64,000 bases of DNA, from the NCBI RefSeq assembly GCF_964355755.1, contig NC_092673.1, positions 30,439,648 through 30,503,647 on the forward strand, given 5' to 3'. Position 1 is the stretch's first letter; every line of letters begins with the position of its first letter. Below the pieces are notes generated by a model. The model ran no database searches, was not told where the DNA came from, and saw nothing but the letters and a program-made list of their open reading frames with translations. The stretch is from Antedon mediterranea. Lineage: Eukaryota > Animalia > Echinodermata. A program made the translations under genes and the position numbers. This document shows positions 26,301 to 38,300 of the stretch, one piece after another.

Positions 26301-29300
26301 TTACGTTTTTTAGTAATTTATTTTATATATCACCATTGGAAATATCAATAAAACATGTTATTAAATGCTTATAAAATATATAAAGTTGTTTACTTAACGG
26401 AATTCGGACAAATTCATTGCTCTAAACTTTGTGTAGTAACAATCAGAGAGATTCATGGTACACGCACGAGAGAAAACATTCCGCTGCGGGTGATTCGCAT
26501 CCACCAATCAAATCAGCTAGAATCCTAAATCATTCAACCGTGAGCAATGCCAATCGCGAGAAAGCTCAGCTTTGATTGGCTTACGATGACATCATATCAC
26601 AAAATGGTGGTTTTGTAGTTGAGCCTCAAGGAATATTCTGTTCCAAAAATGAAATACATGGATATTTTTTATGGTATATGTGCTTTTTCTTTAAAAATTT
26701 TGAATAATAAAGGCCTCATATCGGGTTTTTGGCACTTATAATAAATATATCTTAGACAAAAAAGCACATGGCATGTGGAACTATATAATCTCTTAGCGTA
26801 GGAAGACATACAACAAATCCCAGGTCATGAGAGGCTCATAACTACTACTACTACTACTGCGTCGAGCTTGCTCGGATCCTTTTGACTACTTCTTTCCAGC
26901 CGTCTCTGTTCATCATTGCTCCTGGTAGCTCTTCAATTGTATGGTCGGGAGTCCGCAACTAGTTGGTCAATGAATGATTTTGGGGGCCTGCCTGGTCTTC
27001 TTGTCCCATGTGATGGCATTCAGAGCATAAGTTCGCTTATCAGTTCACTTTTGTTGCGGAAAGAGTGTCCAACAAAGCGGACTCTTCTTTCTTTGATAAC
27101 ATCGGTGATCTTGCGAAGATTCCCATATAGCTGAGCGTTGGAGAGGTGATCTTGCCACGAAACGTTAAGAACGAAAAATTAATGAAGAAAAATTTCTTCA
27201 AGACCACAGTCGAGTCTGTCCTTCTCTACGGGTCATCGACATGGACCCTAACTAAGAAACTTGAAAACACTCTAAACGGAACATATACTAGGATGCTACG
27301 GGCTCATAACTAGACTGCCAAAACAAGGTTGAATAGGGTAGGTCAAAGACTTTTGAGTAAACAATCTACCGCGTACGGCCGTACGTACGTGCTACACATT
27401 TTTTACGTGTTTCGTTAGATGTAATGAAAATAAAAAATAGTTGATCTGAAGGGATCAATGATGATATGATATGTAAATAAACAAACACTCAAAAGAATTA
27501 TGTTTACAGTTCAATTATTGTCAGAATAAATAGTTTATTTTTTTCCCCGGTGTCACAAGTGATTTAATTTTTGTTCCATTGTACCGTATGAGGGGGTCAT
27601 TCATGCGTAGCGGCCTCTTATTGGATGATGGGTTGGTATATAAAGTGTGTGCGGGAACGGCGCGAGGTTGAAAACAAGGAGTTGGGAGTAAGCTGAGTGT
27701 TGCATTTCTTGATTGGGTGTGGCAAACTACTATTGTTGCATTGATAAGTTGCTAAGCGGAGAAAATAAAGAAAACCACAAAGTAAGAGATATAGATATTT
27801 GATGCACACTTCAGCGATATTGTAGTCGTGTAATAAATAACTCCTTAATTTCTAATCTGAGGTCTCTTTTTACGACTGTTAATTGAGTGGTAGGCTACAT
27901 TGAAGAACGGATTGACTAATTGGATTTATAACTAAAGGACTCTGGCAACCAGAACACTTGTGTGAGTACGGAATAGTAACGATATTGGAATTGAACGAGA
28001 CGGAAAGGAAAAACTTACTACTAGTACGACACGCCATTGAATTGGAGACATTAAAGAAAGACGTTAAAGAAAAGAAGGACGGTTACAGAAATAATGCGTG
28101 GAATGTTATATACAACGGCTACTGGTGTGTGAAATAGTCACCTGATTGGAACTTACATGGCATTATCAACGTGTGAACTTATTGTAATTATATATATATG
28201 GAATAGATAGATGAATTATGAAATAACAAATATTATATGTGTGGAAAAGAATAGAATAGTATATGAATTTAAGAAATATTGTGAAACAACTTATTGTAAT
28301 TATATATATATGGAATAGATAGATGAATTATGAAATAACGAATATTATATGTGTGGGAAAGAATAGAATAAGGTACGAATTTAAGAAATAGTGTGAAACA
28401 AAGTTTTGTTATTATAAATATGGAATAGACACTGAATTATGAATTAACGAGTATTATATAATTATGTGGAAAAGAAACGAACATAAATAAGACAAATTGA
28501 TAAAACTAGATGGCACGCTCGCTTCGCTCGCGTACCATCTAGGTCGTGCCCACAGATGGTTCTCGAGTACACAGTATTTCCAGCGAGAAAAAAAATGGAG
28601 ATTTCAAATGTACGTACCGCAGGACTATAATACATTATCGTTTACAGAAACGAATAAATATACACAATGATTTATGTAATCAACCAAAATTAGCACCCTG
28701 AGAATTACTTCCGAGAGAGAAACAAAATGAGTCAAAATTTTTTATTTGGACTCATAACAAACCCAATTTGTGTTTTGTATGTAACATTAAGGGTTGAGGG
28801 ATGGAGGAAGAAGATAGGTACAAAGAGGAAACATTTTAAAATATATTCTTATCCACTCAGTAACGAAATATTGTTTTTAATGTTTTATAGGCCTATAAAT
28901 AATATACCACTAAATACAGTAAAACATTTACGATTTAATACGGTACTTTGTTAAAACTCTCACTGTCATAGTCGATTGAAATAGTAAAGTACATGTAACG
29001 ATACACCACTACGACGTTTATATATTTTTAAATTATTAATTAATACAAACTTTGAGAAGCAACTGTCAGTAATATTAACGTTTATTTATTTGTATATTAT
29101 ATGTTTATAATCTAACAGTAGGGCCTACCCACACTCACAGTAATAAAGTTTATTTGTATATATTTTTATATTACATCTAACAGTACCAACACTCACAGTA
29201 AGAAATTTGCGATTCAAATTGCGATCAAAAGTGGTTAATACCTTAACAGTATTGTACAGCATTGCAATACTATTTATGTTTATTTTCCAAGGGGGCCCAT

Positions 29301-32300
29301 AAATCTAAATCTATACCTCTATGGTTAAACCAAATAATTTGGAATGTTTATTTGTAAATTATATGTTTATAATCTAACAGTAGGGCCTACCCACACTCAC
29401 AGTAATAAAGTTTATTTGTATATATTTTTATATTACATCTAACAGTACCGACACTCACAGTAAGAAATTTGCGATTCAAATTGCGATCAAAAGTGGTTAA
29501 TACCTTAACAGTATTGTACAGCATTGCAATACTATTATGTTTATTCTCCAAGGGGGCCCATAAATCTAAATTTATACCTGTATGGTTAAACCAAATAATT
29601 TGGAATGTTTCATTCATCACAAATCAATACATTTGTAAAAACGTATATTAAATGTATCAAAATAGTATTTTTTAAAGAAAATCGGCCTGTCTTCAACATT
29701 ATGATGCTGTACTCGAACTGTTCAACCGGTTTTCAGCTATTAAAAACAATTATCGTAGGAGGAGATAGGAAAATGCGAAGCCTCCTCGCATTTTTGTGGC
29801 GGGTATTTTTCAAGATGGACATTCATTAGACAGTGTATACCACGATCGGAAAACACCCCTATTTGGGGCAAATCGTTGAACCTAAATTCGTTTTAATCGT
29901 CAATAACTAATTATCTAACTTAATTTAATTAGTAAACAGGGTTACATCAGGTGGTTAAAATCAGTACCGAAAGTACGAACCAACTTTATATACCATCGAG
30001 TAAAAATTCTAGAAGTAAGGCGCGATTTACCGAATTTTGCCCTTACGTAAATTTATATATAGATTAGTGGCTAAAATATATTACAAGATGAATGATTTAT
30101 AATCGAAGTATATAAGACGAGATAGAGAAAGTGTTGTATTAATTGGATCATAGGGAATGGGGATAGTAATTTAAGAGGGTAATTCGAGATTTATATGATG
30201 AAATTAATTGAATAATATTGTAAAGTGTAACGATGATGCAAGTATACATATAGCGGAGTTAGGGTAGAGTGTATTTGGAATAGAAGTAATTATTTATTTA
30301 TTGTTGTATTCATTTATTTGTTTATTGTATTTACTTGGGTTTTGAGTATTAGGAAAGGGGTAAAGGCCATCTCTAGAGATAATTGAGGGAGTAAAAGGAA
30401 CTTGTAAGATATTTATTTATGTGTTTATTGTTAACGAGTATTTATTTATTAGATGTTATTGAATGGTTAAATGTGAAACTTCATATGAATGCTCGTTTGA
30501 GCCTGAGGTATAAATGTTTAAAAGAAAAGGAAAAAAAAATAATTAAAATGACGATAGAAGTTCTTGAAGTAATTTGTAATTGTTTTCTGTATAACTAAAT
30601 TGGCAAGGTTTCGTGACATTTATGGGGGCTCGTCCGGGAAAGTGCCAATCTTAAAAAAAAAAATATACAGAAAAAAATAACAGTATTTTAGTGTTCTTAT
30701 TACAGATATTGAAAACGATAAGGCTACAGTGTGCATCATGGATCTTGAAAGACTCGTCGAGGCTGGTAAGGCGTTGGGTTATAGTGGCATGGAATTGCGA
30801 GAGTTTGTCAGTGAGAGAGAGAAAAGTGAGGAATTTGAAAAGAAAGAAAAGCAGAAGGAGGAAAGAGAGGGGAGGGCTCACCAATTAGAATTGCGCAGAA
30901 ATGACCAACAGATATTAGAAATGCAGTTAATGTTAGAAAAGGTTAAATTAGAGGGAGGGGACACTCTTCGAGTTAAAACATGCGACCCAAACACCAATAA
31001 GATAAATGCTCGAACTCCCAAGTTGCCCGCTTTCAATGAAGGAAAGGATGACCTGGATTCCTATTTGAAACGATATGAAAGATATGCAGTTAGTCAGGGA
31101 TGGAGTATTGAATACTGGGCTATAAATTTAAGTGCTTTACTAACGGGAAAATCTCTCGAAGTGTATTCTAGACTTTCCACAGAGGATGCAGATAATTACC
31201 GGACATTGAAAACAGCACTTCTGAAAAGATTTCAGTTAACGGCAGATGGGTTCCGAAATAAACTTCGATTGGCGAAACCAGAGACAGGAGAAAGTGGTCA
31301 TCAGTTCGCAGCAAGGATAGAAAATTATCTTACCAGGTGGATTGAATTGGCAGAAGCAGCACAATCATATGATGGACTGAAAGACCTTCTATTGAGAGAG
31401 CAGTTTACTGATGGATGTGGTCGAGAGTTAGCGTTATTTCTTCGGGAACGTCAGCCAAAAACTATCGGTGAAATGGCTGATATTGCTGAGCAGTACCTAG
31501 AAGCACGAGGAGGTATGTTCGGAAATATAATAGCAGCAAAAAGATTGCCTACCACCACTCATAGACAGGTAACCCAAGAACCGGTACCCATCATTAATAA
31601 TCCCCAAGTTAGGTCAAATCCCATTACTTGTTTTCTCTGTCATCGGGTAGGACATTTAGCAAGAAATTGTCGGGCCACAACTGCTTTTAAACCAAACACC
31701 GGCCTTACATGTTTTAGATGTCATAGGAAGGGTCACTTGGCAAAAAATTGTAGACAAGATGTAGATAAATGTGCTGGATTACGTAACCCATATACTGGTC
31801 CTCCTCATGAGGAACCCAAGTCTTTAATTTTACAGCAGGAACAATCCAATGGTACAGTTAACCCTAATCCTTTCCAAACCCCGGAAAATTGTGGAGGTAT
31901 GATAATTAGTTCAAACCCTCATAAATTGAATAGGTGTTGTATGGATAACAAATCTAGTTATGTAACTTTAAAATGTGGTAATCTTCTTCCTATCATGAGT
32001 GCAGCGTTGAAGGGATCTGGTCCAGGAAGTATGCCCGTTTCTCCTGGATTGGTTGGGCAACACAAGGTAACAGTCTTACGGGATAGTGGTTGCAGTGGCG
32101 TTGTCATAAAACAGTGTTATGTATCCCCAGATCAATTTACTGGTAACGTGAAAACATGTGTGTTAATTGACGGTACTGTGAGAAGGCTGCCGCTCGCTAC
32201 AATACAAGTAAATACTCCTTATTTTACAGGTATGACTCAAGCGTTATGTATGGATAATCCAATTTTTGATCTTATATTAGGAAATATAGAAGGTGTTCGG

Positions 32301-35300
32301 TCTCCGGATGATCCCGACAAAACGTGGACAGGACGAAACGTCCCAGCATGTGCAGTCACTACTCGGGCACAAGCTATAACACAATCAAAACCATTTAAAT
32401 CACTCAAAACTCTAGAAGCAGTCGATCAAGTCATTACCGTTGAGAATTTAAGGAACGCACAAAATACAGATGTGACACTCCGAAAAGCGAAAGAACTGGC
32501 AGAAAATGAAGGTGTTCGCGTAAGTAAAAGTAACGCAACTTCTCATTTCTTCTATAAAAATAATCTTTTGTATAGGCAATTCAGCTCTCCGTCAGTTGAA
32601 CATGGGAATATATTTACTCAACTCGTTGTCCCAAAGTCTTTGCGACATCAAGTAATGCGACAGGCGCACGAATCATTATTAGGCGGCCATCAAGGTGCCA
32701 AGAAAACCACCGACAAAGTATTAACGAACTTCCATTGGCCAGGGATAACCGCCGACATTACCAGATATTGCCGTTCTTGTGATATCTGTCAAAGGACCGT
32801 TCAAAAAGGTAGAGTAACCAAAGTTCCTTTAGGTAATATGCCTTTAATCGAAGCACCATTTGAACGCATAGCTGTCGATATCGTTGGTCCAATTCATCCT
32901 ATCTCTAAAAATAGAAATAGATACATTCTAACTATAATAGATTTTGCTACCAGGTACCCGGAAGCCATCGCTTTACCAAGTATAGAAGCTGAACGTGTTG
33001 CGGAAGGTTTAGTCAAAGTCTTTTCTAGAATTGGAATTCCGAAGGAAATGCTGACGGATCAAGGGTCACAATTCACTTCAGAGGTGATGAAACAAGTATG
33101 CAAACTACTGTCTATTAAGCAAATGATGACCTCACCGTATCATCCGGCCTGCAATGGTCTTGTTGAACGATTTAATGGCACGTTGAAACAGATGCTAAAA
33201 CGGATGTGTGCGGAACGACCCAGCGACTGGGATAGGTATATAGATCCTCTGTTATTTGCCATTAGAGAGTCTCCACAAGAGAGTCTTGGGTTTTCACCCT
33301 TTGAACTTCTATATGGACGTAACCTTCGAGGCCCTATGACCATTTTAAGAGAGTTATGGACAGGTGAAGTTCACACGCCAGAAACCAAGACCACTTATCA
33401 ATATGTTGTAGACTTAAAGGAACGATTGAACGAAACGTGTGCAGTTGCACAAAAGAATCTACAAAAAGCAAAAGGGAGATACAAGAAGTATTACGACAAG
33501 AAAAGTCGAGCACGAGAATTCCAAGTAGGTGATAAGGTTTTGCTTTTACTTCCAACTGACCGAAACAAACTTCTACTTCAGTGGAAAGGCCCGTTTCCAA
33601 TCATAGCTAAAATGGGGTATTTAGATTACCGCATAGATCTGAATGGGAAGTTAAAAACATTTCATGCAAATCTTCTTAAACGATATCATGAACGTCAAGA
33701 TGTATATGTAGCTGCGCTAGCTGAGTTCCAATCGGATGTTTCACAGGGGGCGCTGGAAGTAGCATGTACTTCTGTAATCGAAAGTGAGGATATGGTAAGT
33801 GATGCTCCAATTGCTTTACAAATGACCAATGATAACCTTTTGCAGCTTCATCCTTTGCAGGCTAAAGAAACTATCGCCGATGTCCACATTAGTGACGATT
33901 GTGATGAAATTGGTAGAAAAGAGGTAAAACGTCTTATTGCAAATTATAGGGACGTTCTCACAGATTTACCGGGTAAAACCACTCTGGGCAACCATGACAT
34001 AAAACTTCGTACAGATGAGCCTATTCGAACCAAACCATACCCATTACCACACGCATTGCGGGATACAGTGAAAGATGAAGTGAGTATGATGTTAAACATG
34101 GGGGTAATTGAACCATCATGCGCTCCATGTGCTTCTCCAATTGTTTTGGTTAAAAAACCGGATGGATCAAATAGATTCTGTGTGGATTTCAGGAAGGTGA
34201 ACCAAAGCACCGTGTTTGATGCAGAACCAATACCTGACCAAGATGAGTTATTTACAAAATTAGCCACTGATAATTATTTCACAAAACTAGATCTTAGTAA
34301 AGGTTATTGGCAGGTACCGATGGATGAACGTTCCAAACAACTTACATCATTTGTAACGCCCAACGGTTTATTCCAATTTAAAGTTATGCCCTTTGGTTTG
34401 GTAAACGCCCCGGCTACGTTTAGTAGAATAATGAGGAAATTACTTCATGGAATGGAAAATACCATAAATTATATCGATGATATCTTAATACATACATCTT
34501 CTTGGGAAGAACATGTAACAATTCTGAAAGAATTATTTCGTCGTCTACGAGCAGCTAATTTAACAGCAAGACCAAGTAAGTGTTTCATCGGATACGAATC
34601 TATTGAATTTTTGGGCCATGTTGTTGGGAAGGGTCATCTGAAACCACGACCTGAGAAAATTCAAAGCATCGTTCAAGCAAAACGACCAGAAACCAAAAAG
34701 CAACTGCGATCATTCCTAGGAACAACTAATTATTATCGTCGGTTCATACCACACTATTCTGCTATTGCGTCTCCATTAACGGATCGAACAAAGAATCAAG
34801 AACCAAACAAGATACGATGGGAGGTAAGTCAAGAAAATGCCTTCAAAACACTTAAGTCAAAACTAACCAGTAAACCTATTCTTTGTCTACCAGATTTAAG
34901 TAAACCGTTTATTCTGCGAACAGACGCCTGTGACGAGGGAATCGGAGCAGTACTCCTTCAAAATTATGGAAATGAAAAATTCCCTGTGGCTTATGCCAGC
35001 AAGAAGTTACTACCCCGGGAAAAAGCGTACTCTATTATGGAGAAGGAATGTTTATCAATAATTTGGAGTGTACGTAAGTTTGAAACATACCTATATGGTC
35101 GAGAATTTACCTTAGAAACTGACCATCAACCCCTTGTTTACATGCAAAAAGCTAAATTAGCGAATGGTAGAATAATGCGCTGGGCACTGGCGCTCCAGCC
35201 ATACAGGTTCCGAATTGAAGCTATCAAAGGTAGCGATAACGTAGGTGCGGATTATCTCAGCCGCAGTTCATGTAGTTAGAAAATGTATATCCCCATACAT

Positions 35301-38300
35301 TGTTCTTGAGTGGGGGGAAAAATGTCACAAGTGATTTAATTTTTGTTCCATTGTACCGTATGAGGGGGTCATTCATGCGTAGCGGCCTCTTATTGGATGA
35401 TGGGTTGGTATATAAAGTGTGTGCGGGAACGGCGCGAGGTTGAAACAAGGAGTTGGGAGTAAGCTGAGTGTTGCATTTCTTGATTGGGTGTGGCAAACTA
35501 CTATTGTTGCATTGATAAGTTGCTAAGCGGAGAAAATAAAGAAAACCACAAAGTAAGAGATATAGATATTTGATGCACACTTCAGCGATATTGTAGTCGT
35601 GTAATAAATAACTCCTTAATTTCTAATCTGAGGTCTTTTTTTACGACTGTTAATTGAGTGGTAGGCTACATTGAAGAACGGATTGACTAATTGGATTTAT
35701 AACTAAAGGACTCTGGCAACCAGAACACTTGTGTGAGTACGGAATAGTAACGATATTGGAATTGAACGAGACGGAAAGGAAAAACTTACTACTAGTACGA
35801 CACGCCATTGAATTGGAGACATTAAAGAAAGACGTTAAAGAAAAGAAGGACGGTTACAGAAATAATGCGTGGAATGTTATATACAACGGCTACTGGTGTG
35901 TGAAATAGTCACCTGATTGGAACTTACATGGCATTATCAACGTGTGAACTTATTGTAATTATATATATATGGAATAGATAGATGAATTATGAAATAACAA
36001 ATATTATATGTGTGGAAAAGAATAGAATAGTATATGAATTTAAGAAATATTGTGAAACAACTTATTGTAATTATATATATATGGAATAGATAGATGAATT
36101 ATGAAATAACGAATATTATATGTGTGGGAAAGAATAGAATAAGGTACGAATTTAAGAAATAGTGTGAAACAAAGTTTTGTTATTATAAATATGGAATAGA
36201 CACTGAATTATGAATTAACGAGTATTATATAATTATGTGGAAAAGAAACGAACATAAATAAGACAAATTGATAAAATTAGTGGCTAAAATATATTACAAG
36301 ATGAATGATTTATAATCGAAGTATATAAGACGAGATAGAGAAAGTGTTGTATTAATTGGATCATAGGGAATGGGGATAGTAATTTAAGAGGGTAATTCGA
36401 GATTTATATGATGAAATTAATTGAATAATATTGTAAAGTGTAACGATGATGCAAGTATACATATAGCGGAGTTAGGGTAGAGTGTATTTGGAATAGAAGT
36501 AATTATTTATTTATTGTTGTATTCATTTATTTGTTTATTGTATTTACTTGGGTTTTGAGTATTAGGAAAGGGGTAAAGGCCATCTCTAGAGATAATTGAG
36601 GGAGTAAAAGGAACTTGTAAGATATTTATTTATGTGTTTATTGTTAACGAGTATTTATTTATTAGATGTTATTGAATGGTTAAATGTGAAACTTCATATG
36701 AATGCTCGTTTGAGCCTGAGGTATAAATGTTTAAAAGAAAAGGAAAAAAAAATAATTAAAATAACGATAGAAGTTCTTGAAGTAATTTGTAATTGTTTTC
36801 TGTATAACTAAATTGGCAAGGTTTCGTGACACCCGGCACCTTTGTTTGCCGACGGCCGCGATGATGTGCCGACGGAAACGAAATCAGGGGGCCCGGGCCC
36901 CCCCGGCCCCCCTACTGGATACGCTACTGTCTATGTGTGTCTAGTGCCGCCGCCCCAATCAACTCGAACCCCGCTCACCTCAACCCTAAGTCGATAATCT
37001 TTTGTGTTGTGTGTAGAGCGGTTACATAAAGCATACCTTAATATCAAATGTTGTACCTTTCTTGAAGTGACTAACAGTTCGATCGTGTTTAAATGTATAC
37101 ACTCGTTCAACAAATTTAGCGCCACTGATCGTTGTATTCTCGCGATCTCCAGTTGATCTTTCGGTAACCACAGCTTCTATTTTCAGAGTTGCGCCTTTGA
37201 ATGTGCTGAACCAGTGTTGGCCATATTTAGGAACGGGATCTATGGAAACGGCAGCCGCTCCTTGGACATTCAACTGTAAAATGTATCATTAATCAATAAT
37301 AAACACTTCATAAGTTTAGTTAGTGTTAAAAACATTTTGTATTTTAAATCATTTCACATTTTTCTAAGAATTCACTGCAATCTTGGTTTTAAAATCTCGT
37401 TTTGTAGCATTGAAAACATAATTTATTAGGACTACGTTACGTCTAGTTAACGTCGTTGAATTAGTGCGAACCAAGCTAAGATTATTATGCGCATGTGTAA
37501 ACAAATACCATGAATTCTGAAATTGAGGATCGTTGATACATACTCAAGGCCAACTTAGACAGCGTCGTACGACGAGGCCCAACCAAACGTCTTGACTCGT
37601 CGGTGCTGTCTGAGACGAGTCGTCTTCAGATAGCGGTAGGTCGTCGCGAGAACAGTAAAAATGTATAATTTTATCGTCGGGCCTCGACGCTGTCTGAGTT
37701 GGCCTTTGTACAACCATGGTGAAGAAGAAGATTTCTGGTCTGCAAAACAAAGTTACTCACAGTTTTAGCTACAGGATCAAATTCACCTATAACGTCACCG
37801 TTTTTTATAACACTCATTTTTACAACAGCGGTACCTCTCACGTACTTATTGTAAACATATCTACACAAAACAATATTATTGTTTTTAATCATCTACATAC
37901 AGTATTCATTTTATGTAGGCCTATTACGATTGTAGAGAGAACAGCTAAAAATGACAGAAACCTTGTATAAAATCCAATACCTTAATACATCATAGATCTA
38001 CTGTAAACATATCTAGTAACGGTACTTTAATCATGTACTATGCATGCAGAAAATACATGTTCCTTACTTTGCTCTAACTGTTGCCACGAGCATGTTATCT
38101 GAAGGTAGAATCTGTTTTTGTCCCTCAATGTTTACCTCGAATGTTGGCAAAACTGTAAATAAATTAGGTTTTAAATTCTACATCATTATGCAATCGTTAT
38201 TCATTTTGTTTGTTCGTTGGAAATTGTGATTTATAACAAATAACTTATTTTCTACCTACCATACTCTCGAAGTTCAAATTCAATTTTGCTTTTCCATTCA

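Larger units (their letters stand above)
27551..36831 (+). mobile_element. Full-length Gmr1-like Ty3/Gypsy LTR retrotransposon, antisense in gene 1 intron 8
   Basis: Two ~1.51-kb LTRs with TGTCAC...GTGACA termini, 5-bp TSD CCCGG (27546-27550 and 36832-36836), PBS, PPT and a single intact gag-pol ORF. Confidence 0.97.
25929..36929. mobile_element. Non-autonomous hAT-type TIR element (host of the Gypsy and RTE insertions)
   Basis: TIRs CAGTGGCGTATCCAG / CTGGATACGCTACTG; 8-bp TSD TCTATGTG at 25921-25928 and 36930-36937; no transposase seen. Confidence 0.88.

Noticed and set aside
33140-34267. Antisense ORFs within the retrotransposon; env-like gene
   Set aside because: These are shadow frames of pol. 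Only ~43 bp separate the stop codon from the 3' LTR, leaving no room for env.
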